64,000 bases of DNA from Bernardetia sp. Lineage in GTDB: Bacteria; Bacteroidota; Bacteroidia; Cytophagales; Bernardetiaceae. The notes beneath the pieces are model-generated. The model did not search any database, was not told the DNA's origin, and saw nothing but the letters and a program-made list of their open reading frames with translations. The position numbers and the translations under genes are program-made. The stretch lies in contig NZ_JAHDIG010000005.1 in NCBI RefSeq assembly GCF_020630935.1, forward strand, positions 1 to 64,000, written 5' to 3'. The stretch's first letter is position 1, and the number at the start of each line of letters is the position of its first letter. Shown one piece after another: positions 19,422 to 27,522 of this stretch.

Positions 19422-20741
19422 ATGGCAAGCAAATTAAATAACAATGCTGTTCTTGCTTATGCCGAATCATTCGCTAAGGCTGTTTGTTCGGATTTTTTTG
19501 CAAAACACGAGCGTATAACAGGTTCTCAACTCACAGATTTTTGTGGAATAAAGCAAATCAACTTATTTATCATTAAAATTCTTTTTGAAAAATGGCAAGA
19601 AGACAATGCTAAAATAAAAAGTCCGTTTTTTGACTATGAAAATCCAGAAATAAAAGCACTTTTAGAAAAGTTGATGAATATGCTTTCTAGGAATATTTCT
19701 ATTGATGAGGCTACTTTCCAAAAGTTAGTAACCCAATCGGTAGCAGATACAATTCAGCTTTTATTAGCTCCTTATGTATTCTATGAGCAAGAAATTCAAA
19801 AACTCACTCAAAATGGAAATAATACCATCCGAATAAATGAAGAGTTTAAACCAGCTTTAAAATATGTCAAGACACACAAAGTTTTGTTTGAGCAGATTAT
19901 CAAAGGGCTAGAAGAAAATAGCAATGCAGGGATGATTTCAGCAACACAAGCAATAGAAATTATTGGAGATATTGTAGATAACAATGTAGAATACGATGAC
20001 CCAAAGACAATTTTACGTCAATTGGGTGATATTGTTCCTCTCAAAATTCAAGAGTTTGTAACCTTCACAGACCAAACACAAGAAACTAAAAAAGTAGAGG
20101 AAGCTCCAACTCCTGTTGTTGAAGAAGTTCCACAAAAAGAAGAAGCCAAAAGTTTTTTTGATACTTCTTTTGAAGAAGAGCCAAACCAAACAGCAAAAGT
20201 AGCACCTTCTACAAGTTTAAAAGAAAAAGAACCAAAACAAATAAAAGAGGTAAAAGCAGAACCAAAACAAGAAGAAAAAGAGCCAAAGCAAGAAAAATCA
20301 CCCTTGTTTACTTCTTATAAACGTGAAGAGGTAAGTACCTATTCTTCTCCTACTTTTACAGAAGATGAAAAGAAAAATGCTACCCCTGTAATGGCAACAA
20401 GTGTAGTTCCAAAACAAGCTGAAAAAAATGAAAATCCTACATTTGCTGAAAGATATACAACTGGAGCAGATGATGAGAGACCCACATTTGCCGAGCGTTT
20501 CAAACCTTCGGGAAAGACTATAAAAGAACTCATTACACTCAATCAGAAATTTCTTTTTACAAAAAAACTCTTCGGTAATAACCAAGATGAACTAGAAGAT
20601 GCTCTTACAGGAATCGATCGTTGTTCTACGCACAAAGAGGCGATAATGTTCTTGAAAAACAATTATATTATGAAATATGATTGGAACTTTCAAAACGATG
20701 AAGTAAAAGAGTTTTGGGAGCTTGTAGAGCTTCGTTTTTAG
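19422..20741 (+). CDS. Hypothetical protein with a K/E/P-rich low-complexity central region
   Basis: Long ORF with good coding character. Internal KEPKQ repeats. No recognisable family. Confidence 0.5.
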   Translation: MASKLNNNAVLAYAESFAKAVCSDFFAKHERITGSQLTDFCGIKQINLFIIKILFEKWQEDNAKIKSPFFDYENPEIKALLEKLMNMLSRNISIDEATFQKLVTQSVADTIQLLLAPYVFYEQEIQKLTQNGNNTIRINEEFKPALKYVKTHKVLFEQIIKGLEENSNAGMISATQAIEIIGDIVDNNVEYDDPKTILRQLGDIVPLKIQEFVTFTDQTQETKKVEEAPTPVVEEVPQKEEAKSFFDTSFEEEPNQTAKVAPSTSLKEKEPKQIKEVKAEPKQEEKEPKQEKSPLFTSYKREEVSTYSSPTFTEDEKKNATPVMATSVVPKQAEKNENPTFAERYTTGADDERPTFAERFKPSGKTIKELITLNQKFLFTKKLFGNNQDELEDALTGIDRCSTHKEAIMFLKNNYIMKYDWNFQNDEVKEFWELVELRF

Positions 20742-20772
20742 TTTCAATAAAAAAACTTATAAAACAAAAAAG

Positions 20773-20810
20773 GTCATTGACAAAATTAATTTGTCAATGA
20801 CTTTTTTTTA
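20773..20810. terminator. Bidirectional rho-independent terminator (12-bp stem GTCATTGACAAA/TTTGTCAATGAC) between convergent genes
   Basis: Perfect 12-bp stem with a 6-nt loop and T-runs on both sides. Confidence 0.6.
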
Positions 20811-21395
20811 TTTTTTGAGAGCTACCAAATGAATGGTAAGGTCAAAATTGTTATAGATAAATTTATCTTTGATTTGTCCTGTTACAGACTCTGCCATATA
20901 CGTTACGTCATATTCTGTTCTGTCAATGGTGAGCTCTAGGTCTGCAATAACTTGATTGTTTTGCATCTTGATTTTGGCTGGAAAACTAATTTGTTTGGTA
21001 ACATTCTTTATGGTCAAATTAGCTTTGACTTCGTAATTTTCTTCTCCTTTTGCTTCTACGTTCAAAATTTCTAATCTAGCTAGAGGAAATTTCTCTACAT
21101 CAAAAAAGTCTGCTGATTTTAGATGCGCTTCTAATTTTTGAGCTGTTTCTCTTTCTTCAATATCGGTACAAAAGATAGAATTCATATCTATATGTATTTT
21201 TCCTCCAGTAACTTTTTGATTTTCTGTAAGGATAATTCCTTCTTTAACCATAATTAGCCCTGTATGACTTCCTCCTAATTTTGAGCCTTCCCAAGTGATA
21301 CTAGAATCATTCGGACTGATATTATAGTTTGAAAGAGTAGAAAATGAAAAGCATATAAATGAAACAATAAGCAAGAGCAAAGAATATTTTTTCAT
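20808..21395 (-). CDS. YceI-like periplasmic polyisoprenoid-binding protein
   Basis: YceI family hallmarks (ITWEGSKLGGSHTG..., HIDMNSI..., FDVEKFP). Signal peptide from MKKYSLLLLIVSF (start 21395). Confidence 0.8.
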   Translation of the reverse strand: MKKYSLLLLIVSFICFSFSTLSNYNISPNDSSITWEGSKLGGSHTGLIMVKEGIILTENQKVTGGKIHIDMNSIFCTDIEERETAQKLEAHLKSADFFDVEKFPLARLEILNVEAKGEENYEVKANLTIKNVTKQISFPAKIKMQNNQVIADLELTIDRTEYDVTYMAESVTGQIKDKFIYNNFDLTIHLVALKK

Positions 21396-21496
21396 AGAAG
21401 ATTTGGAAATGAAATGAGAAAAATTAAAGATAACAAAAGACTGTACAAACTGTTGCACAATCAAATAAAGTATTTTATCCTTAAATTATCAAAATT

Positions 21497-21679
21497 ATGT
21501 TTGGTTTATTTAAAAAGAAAGACCCTATTCAAGACAAAATTGATAAACTAACAGCAAAATATAAAAAAATAACAGAAGAAGCGTTCAATCTTTCTCGTTC
21601 TGATAGAAAAGCAAGCGACCTAAAGACAGCTGAAGCAGAAGAAATATTAAAAGAAATAGAAGAGTTACGTACTTCATAA
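21497..21679 (+). CDS. Small hypothetical protein (60 aa, charged helical)
   Basis: ORF only. Plausible intergenic location. No family recognised. Confidence 0.3.
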   Translation: MFGLFKKKDPIQDKIDKLTAKYKKITEEAFNLSRSDRKASDLKTAEAEEILKEIEELRTS

Positions 21680-21814
21680 AGCTGATTTTTTCAGAAAATA
21701 CGTAATAGGTAAGAATCGTTTTTTTATGCAGATAAAAATTAGGTACTTTGCAAGCTGAGAAATTCTTTACTGTAAATTTGTTTGTTTTTATTTGATTTAA
21801 CAAAGTCCTTTTTT

Positions 21815-23068
21815 ATGACATATAAGATAGCAGTTATTGGTTTGGGGTATGTAGGTTTGCCACTTGCCGTTGAGTTTGGAAAAAAATATACTACTATTGG
21901 TTTCGATATCAACGCAAGCCGTATTGAGGAACTTGATAAAGGGTATGACCGAACTCTTGAGGTAAATACAGAACAGTTAGCAGAAGCAGATAAGATTAGC
22001 TTTACGTCTAATATAGAAGAGATTAAAGAAGCTACAATTTATATTATTACTGTTCCTACCCCTGTGGATTTATACAAAAAACCAGATTTGAAGCCTATCT
22101 TATCAGCATCCCAAACCGTCGGAAAAGTACTTAAAAAAGATGATATTGTAGTGTATGAATCTACTGTTTTTCCAGGTTGTACAGAAGAAGAGTGTGTTCC
22201 TGTATTGGAAAAATATAGTGGGCTTAAATATAATCAAGATTTTTTCTGTGGTTATTCTCCAGAGCGCATAAATCCAGGGGACAAAGAACATACTATTGCC
22301 AAAATTAAGAAAGTGGTAAGTGGTAGTACTCCAAAAGTTGCTAAACAACTTGATGAACTTTATGGCTCAATCATTACGGCAGGAACACATCTTGCCTCTT
22401 CTATCAAAGTAGCCGAAGCCTCAAAAGTCATTGAAAATGCACAACGAGATTTGAATATTGCTTTTGTTAATGAACTTGCCCTCATTTTTGAAAAAATGAA
22501 TATAGATACTTTAGAAGTTTTGGAAGCAGCAGGAACAAAATGGAACTTCCTTCCTTTCAAACCAGGGCTTGTTGGAGGACATTGTATAGGAGTTGACCCT
22601 TATTATCTGACGTATAAAGCTGAAAGTTTGGGCTACCATCCAGATGTAATTTTGGCTGGGAGAAGAATCAATGACACGATGGGAGCTTTTGTAGCTTCAA
22701 AAGTAGTAAAACTGATGATTCAGCGAAGCAGTAGCGTAAAAGATGCAAAAATTTTAGTGTTGGGAATTACATTTAAAGAAAACTGTCCTGATATTCGTAA
22801 TTCGAAAGTAATTGATGTAATAAGAGAGTTTCAAGACTTTGGTGCAGATGTAGAAGTTTATGACCCTTGGGCAGATAAAGCTGAAGTAAAACACGAGTAC
22901 AATCTTGATTTGATAGAAAAACCTACTGATGCCTACGATGCGATTGTTTTGGCTGTTTCTCATAATCAGTTTGATAGCTTAGATTTTGAAAAAATAAAAC
23001 ATCAGAATACAGTTATCTATGATATTAAAGGAAAATTTGACAAATCTAAAGTAACAGCGAGACTTTAA
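21815..23068 (+). CDS. Nucleotide-sugar dehydrogenase (UDP-glucose/GDP-mannose dehydrogenase family; TviB/WbpO-like)
   Basis: N-terminal Rossmann fold [15 protein letters not shown], catalytic Cys region [12 protein letters not shown], and a C-terminal UDP-binding domain. Confidence 0.85.
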   Translation: MTYKIAVIGLGYVGLPLAVEFGKKYTTIGFDINASRIEELDKGYDRTLEVNTEQLAEADKISFTSNIEEIKEATIYIITVPTPVDLYKKPDLKPILSASQTVGKVLKKDDIVVYESTVFPGCTEEECVPVLEKYSGLKYNQDFFCGYSPERINPGDKEHTIAKIKKVVSGSTPKVAKQLDELYGSIITAGTHLASSIKVAEASKVIENAQRDLNIAFVNELALIFEKMNIDTLEVLEAAGTKWNFLPFKPGLVGGHCIGVDPYYLTYKAESLGYHPDVILAGRRINDTMGAFVASKVVKLMIQRSSSVKDAKILVLGITFKENCPDIRNSKVIDVIREFQDFGADVEVYDPWADKAEVKHEYNLDLIEKPTDAYDAIVLAVSHNQFDSLDFEKIKHQNTVIYDIKGKFDKSKVTARL

Positions 23069-23086
23069 AGTGAAAAAATTAAAATG

Positions 23087-23118
23087 AACAATGGATAATT
23101 AATTTAATTATCCATTGT
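23087..23118. terminator. Bidirectional terminator hairpin (15-bp stem ACAATGGATAATTAA/TTAATTATCCATTGT) between convergent genes
   Basis: Perfect palindrome read directly from the sequence. Confidence 0.55.
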
Positions 23119-23131
23119 CCACTGGATGGAT

Positions 23132-24007
23132 TTACTTATTTCTATTTCTTGCTTTTCTCCATCTCACAATTCCAAAAATAACTCCAGCCAAAAGAAGCCA
23201 AAATACCCACAAACGCATTACTCCCACAACAAACATCAAGAAATCGTCCCAACCCTCTCCCATATTTTCCGACAAACGGCTAAAAAATGAACGCTCTGGT
23301 GGCTTAGAGTAATTATCTAATTTTTGAGTGAGTGTTAAATGAATTGTACTAAGTGAAATTTGGTCTTTCAAGTAGCGCAAACGTCCTTCTTTCGCCTCAA
23401 TTTCCTCACGAATGACACGCAGTTTGTCTTCAATTTCTAAAATTTCTGAAATGGTTTTGGCATTTTTTAAAAGTTCTGTATAGCGTTTTTCTACTTCTCT
23501 TTTTGTTTTTAGGCGTGCCTCAATATCTACAAACTCTTCACTAACATCTTGTGCGTCTTGCGATTGATTTTCAACAAACCCGATAGTAGTAAGCTCTTTC
23601 ATCAAGTTTTCAAAATTACTAGAAGCTACACGAATCGTTACAGTTTGTGTTTTTTGATAGCTATAATCATTATAATTTGCAGCCGAAGTAAAGCCTTTAT
23701 TTGCTTTTACTTTTTGCAAGACTTCTTCTTTAGCTTTGTCTAAATCCTGCACTCGCAAACTCATATTTCCTGTTTTGATGATATGAAGTCCCTGTACGAT
23801 GGGTTCTGTGCTTGTTCCTCCTCCTTCTGTTCCGTCTTGATAATTAGCAAAAGTAGCAACTGGTGATTTTGTTACAGGAATAGCCTCTTCTGTAAAATAA
23901 TCAGCACTTTCTGTTTTAGCTTGGTAAGAAGAATCTCCTTGACAAGAAGCAAAAAATGGAAGGAAAAGAATCCAAAAGTAAAGCGAAAATTTTAAGGTCG
24001 TTTTCAT
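23132..24007 (-). CDS. DUF4349-like lipoprotein (coiled-coil, C-terminal transmembrane anchor)
   Basis: Lipoprotein signal (FFASCQGDS), a central coiled-coil and a C-terminal hydrophobic helix. Architecture typical of DUF4349. Confidence 0.55.
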   Translation of the reverse strand: MKTTLKFSLYFWILFLPFFASCQGDSSYQAKTESADYFTEEAIPVTKSPVATFANYQDGTEGGGTSTEPIVQGLHIIKTGNMSLRVQDLDKAKEEVLQKVKANKGFTSAANYNDYSYQKTQTVTIRVASSNFENLMKELTTIGFVENQSQDAQDVSEEFVDIEARLKTKREVEKRYTELLKNAKTISEILEIEDKLRVIREEIEAKEGRLRYLKDQISLSTIHLTLTQKLDNYSKPPERSFFSRLSENMGEGWDDFLMFVVGVMRLWVFWLLLAGVIFGIVRWRKARNRNK

Positions 24008-24265
24008 AATGAAAGGTTTTTAGTTTTCTGAATAGTTATTGATTTTGTTTTGCTAAGTAGATGCACTAAGCTATCAGATTGCATAAAATCTGATTAATTT
24101 TTATCAAAATTTACTCAAAAAAATCTATAAAACGTGAATTTAAGGACTGTAAAACCTACTCAATTACATTTTTAGACAAAAAATTAAGACCTTTGTATCT
24201 TATAAATTTATGTAGAAGTTTCTTGCCGTTGTTTGTGCTTTAGCAAATGACACATCGAAAAAAAT

Positions 24266-25036
24266 ATGTTCAAAACAACTGAAATAACAGCCTATACAAT
24301 TCCTAGTGATAATGTAATCCATCAGCGTTTGCTTTTTGCGTATTACCAAACTGTAAAACATGTGAGTGGAAGTATTTTGGAGACAGGCTGTGGAGTGGGA
24401 AAAGGAGCAGAACTCTTTAAGCCTCATTGTACACATTATACAGCTCTTGATAAAAATCAAGAACTTATCAATCACCTTCAAAAACAGCATCCAGAATTTA
24501 CATTTCTAAATCAGAATATTCCTCCGTTTGCTAATCAAGCTGATGAGAGTTTTGATACGGTGGTTACGCAGCAGGTCATTGAGCATATTGAAGACGATAA
24601 TTTCTACCTCAAAGAAATTCAGAGAGTGTTGAAGAAAGGTGGGAAAATGATACTTACCACACCAAACATCAAGCTCTCACTCACACGCAATCCGTGGCAC
24701 GTAAGAGAATACACAGCGCAGGAATTGCAAACGCTTTTAGAAAAATATTTCTCAAAAGTAGATTTAAAAGGCATTACAGGCAATGAAAAAATTTGGGAAT
24801 ATTATGAGCAGAATAAAGCCTCAGTTGCCAAATACAAAAAGCTAGATGTTTTTAATTTGGAGCAAAATCTACCTAGACAAATTCTTCAAATTCCGTATGA
24901 TATTTTGAATAGAATGAATCGTAAAAAACTACAAGAGCAAGATAATTCTTTGGTAAGCTCAGTTACGATGGATGATTATTTCATTTCTGATGATGCAGAC
25001 AAATGTTTTGATTTCTTTGCTGTGGTGGAAAAGTAA
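24266..25036 (+). CDS. Class I SAM-dependent methyltransferase
   Basis: Motif I ILETGCGVGKGA and motif post-II LKKGGKMILTTPN. Confidence 0.8.
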   Translation: MFKTTEITAYTIPSDNVIHQRLLFAYYQTVKHVSGSILETGCGVGKGAELFKPHCTHYTALDKNQELINHLQKQHPEFTFLNQNIPPFANQADESFDTVVTQQVIEHIEDDNFYLKEIQRVLKKGGKMILTTPNIKLSLTRNPWHVREYTAQELQTLLEKYFSKVDLKGITGNEKIWEYYEQNKASVAKYKKLDVFNLEQNLPRQILQIPYDILNRMNRKKLQEQDNSLVSSVTMDDYFISDDADKCFDFFAVVEK

Positions 25037-25046
25037 AGTTTTATAA

Positions 25047-25083
25047 GCCTATTCTGATTTTTTGATTGGAATAGGTTTTTTTA
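25047..25083. terminator. Terminator hairpin (CCTATTC/GAATAGG plus T8) between convergent methyltransferase and AraC genes
   Basis: 7-bp stem followed by TTTTTTTT. It overlaps the araC stop codon. Confidence 0.5.
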
Positions 25084-26079
25084 TTCTTCTTCATTCTTAT
25101 TCTCTCCTTTTCCTCCCTGCTCATTCTTTTCGTTTTCCTGCTTTTGTTTGATTTGGAATTGCTTTGGCGTAATGCCTTCGTACTTTTTAAAGACACGAAT
25201 AAAATAGGTCATGTGATTATAGCCTAGCTCGTAGCAAATATCTGTAACTGACTTTGAAATATCTACCAGACGGTTTTTTGCAATTTCTACACGCTCTCTA
25301 TTGATGTAGTCTATCGGAGAAATATCTAAGGTTTCTTTGAAGGTTCTAAAAAATGCAGCCTTACTCATACTGGCAATATCAGTAAGCGTATCGATAGAAA
25401 TAGGCTCGTCGATGTGGTCTTTGATGTAATCTAGCACAGCCTCAATACTTGGGTTGGTTTCGCTTTGTTCTTCCTCGCTTTTTTCAATATCTATTTTATC
25501 TCGTGCTGGTGTTCGGACAAATCTCAGAATGAGTTCTTTGATAGCAAATTCTATGAATACCTCTTGATTGTAATGCTCTTCTACAAATAAATCTATAAGT
25601 CTTGTGATAGATTTTTTAATGCTCGTGTCGTGCGTAACATTGATTGGTGTTTCTCCAAATTGCCAATGCGAATTGTTTTCTACTTTTAGTTTGCAGCCTT
25701 CTAGTATTGCTCCTGTTTTGTTGTACTGTGAAATAGTTAGGTTGATAGTTTCTATTGGCACTTGAAGTTCTAACCACGAAATACTAGGTTTAGACTTACT
25801 TTTTTTAGTAGATTTTTCATCCGTATTTTTTGAGGCTTCCAAACGAACAGCCTTGTGAGGTGGAATTATTAAAGATTCGCCTACGGTGCAGGTTTGAGAA
25901 TATTCTTTCGCTTCAAAATTTATCTTTCCTTCCAAAATAGTTATGAGTGTAACTTTGTTGGTTTGTATAGTTTTGGGTTTGATAGAAGCTGATGCTTTTG
26001 CATTTTCGTCGTTCTGAATTAGAGATAACGACGTTCTACCCGATTGATAAGTTACTAAATGGAGAGGAGAAGCAGACAT
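25081..26079 (-). CDS. AraC-family transcriptional regulator (N-terminal cupin-like sensor, C-terminal HTH_18)
   Basis: C-terminal AraC HTH signature (ASMSKAAFFRTFKE...ICYELGYNHMTYFIRVFKKYEGITPKQF). Confidence 0.85.
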   Translation of the reverse strand: MSASPLHLVTYQSGRTSLSLIQNDENAKASASIKPKTIQTNKVTLITILEGKINFEAKEYSQTCTVGESLIIPPHKAVRLEASKNTDEKSTKKSKSKPSISWLELQVPIETINLTISQYNKTGAILEGCKLKVENNSHWQFGETPINVTHDTSIKKSITRLIDLFVEEHYNQEVFIEFAIKELILRFVRTPARDKIDIEKSEEEQSETNPSIEAVLDYIKDHIDEPISIDTLTDIASMSKAAFFRTFKETLDISPIDYINRERVEIAKNRLVDISKSVTDICYELGYNHMTYFIRVFKKYEGITPKQFQIKQKQENEKNEQGGKGENKNEEE

Positions 26080-26484
26080 AGAAGGAGTTATAAATCAGTG
26101 AAATGGCTTAAAATCTTAGCTACAAAATTATGTTTTTTTCCAAAACGAAACAATAGTATTACTTTTTGAACACTTTGTAACATTACTTTAGAAAATAGAG
26201 AATTTCGTATAATTTTTACTAATTACTTTACCGTAATTTTGTTATGTACTAGAGAAGAAAAGTATTGTTTAACATACAGACTAAACAAGATACAATTTTT
26301 CTACTACAAATTTGGAATAAAACACAGAAAATAGTTTTACACACACAGGAATATACAACACACACTCATATTTACTGAAAACTATTTTCAATCCAACATA
26401 AAGGTTTTAATGAGATTTTGTTTTCATTTATTTGGAACGCTTTTTTGACCTTACACACAATACCACAAACACACACACCAATCA

Positions 26485-26526
26485 AAAGGCTTGTTCTACT
26501 TGTAGAATGAGCCTTTTGTTGTTTTA
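26485..26526 (+). terminator. Strong intrinsic-terminator-like hairpin (15-bp stem with two G-U pairs, UUG loop, then U-tract) ~70 nt upstream of the pentapeptide-repeat gene start
   Basis: AAAGGCTTGTTCTAC ttg TAGAATGAGCCTTT followed by TGTTGTTTT. No + strand gene lies upstream, so this suggests a leader/attenuator or an sRNA 3' end. Confidence 0.45.
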
Positions 26527-26596
26527 CTAGTAAAGTATAATTCGTTTTTGATAACTTTGCTTTTAGCTTTTATCAGAAAACATATTTTAAATTAAA

Positions 26597-27166
26597 ATGT
26601 CAGATTATACATTTTCAAAAGTATTTAAGAATATAAATTTTTCAGAGCAAGAATTTCCCACAGGAGAGTATGAAGAATGTAGTTTTCAAAACTGTATTTT
26701 TAGAAATAGTAATTTATCACATTCTAAATTTATCAACTGCGATTTTGAAAGTTGCGATTTATCTAGCATAAAATTAGGTGAGACTTCATTGCAAGAAATT
26801 ACTATCAAAAATTCTAAGTTGCTTGGGGTGGTATTTTCAGACTGTACTAATTTTTTGCTATCTATACACTTTATTCATTGCTTACTTGACTTTTCATCTT
26901 TCTATCAGCTAAATCTTAAAGATTTTAAATTCAAGAATTGTAGCCTTAAAGATGTCGATTTTACAGAAGCAAATCTTAAAAAAGTAGCTTTTGAAGACTG
27001 CAATTTGATAGGAGCTACTTTTGAGAATACCGTTTTAGAAAGTGCAGATTTTCGAAGTGCAACAAATTATTCTATCAATCCTGCAAAAAATAAAATCAAA
27101 AAAGCAAAATTTTCTAGTCAAGAAGTAAAAGGACTCTTGGATAGTTATGATATTTTGATTGAATGA
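26597..27166 (+). CDS. Pentapeptide-repeat protein (Qnr/MfpA-like fold)
   Basis: Consecutive A(D/N)LXX-type pentapeptides throughout (CSFQNCIFRNSNLSHSKFINCDFESCDLSSIKL...). Confidence 0.8.
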   Translation: MSDYTFSKVFKNINFSEQEFPTGEYEECSFQNCIFRNSNLSHSKFINCDFESCDLSSIKLGETSLQEITIKNSKLLGVVFSDCTNFLLSIHFIHCLLDFSSFYQLNLKDFKFKNCSLKDVDFTEANLKKVAFEDCNLIGATFENTVLESADFRSATNYSINPAKNKIKKAKFSSQEVKGLLDSYDILIE

Positions 27167-27522
27167 AAAAACACAGTTCAAATTGTAAGTTAACGTGAAC
27201 TCGGAATTACAAATAAGCTAATTACTTGTTTCAAGTAGATTAGATATAGAACTTGTTTAAGAATGGTTTTTCTAGCGCAAGATTCCATCTTGTGTTTACC
27301 GTTTTGTCAGCATATGCTGACGAAAAAGTACGTCCAAGCAGAATGCTTGAACGAGAAACAATAATTAAAATTTACTCTATACCTCATTAAAGGTACTTTT
27401 TTTCATTCTTAAACAACTTCATAGTTTTTGGTCTGCTCTAATGAGACTGACCTAAAATGTAAATCCTAAGTTCACGTTGGGTTAGATGAAAAGGTTCTAA
27501 AAGAATTAGAGACTAAATGATT

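Noticed and set aside
27186-27485. Possibility that the structured intergenic region is tmRNA, RNase P RNA, SRP RNA or 6S RNA
   Set aside because: I could not find the conserved motifs of any of these by eye (no tmRNA tag reading frame ending ALAA or tRNA-like ends, no RNase P P4 sequences, no SRP domain IV). It is kept only as an unclassified candidate in the findings.
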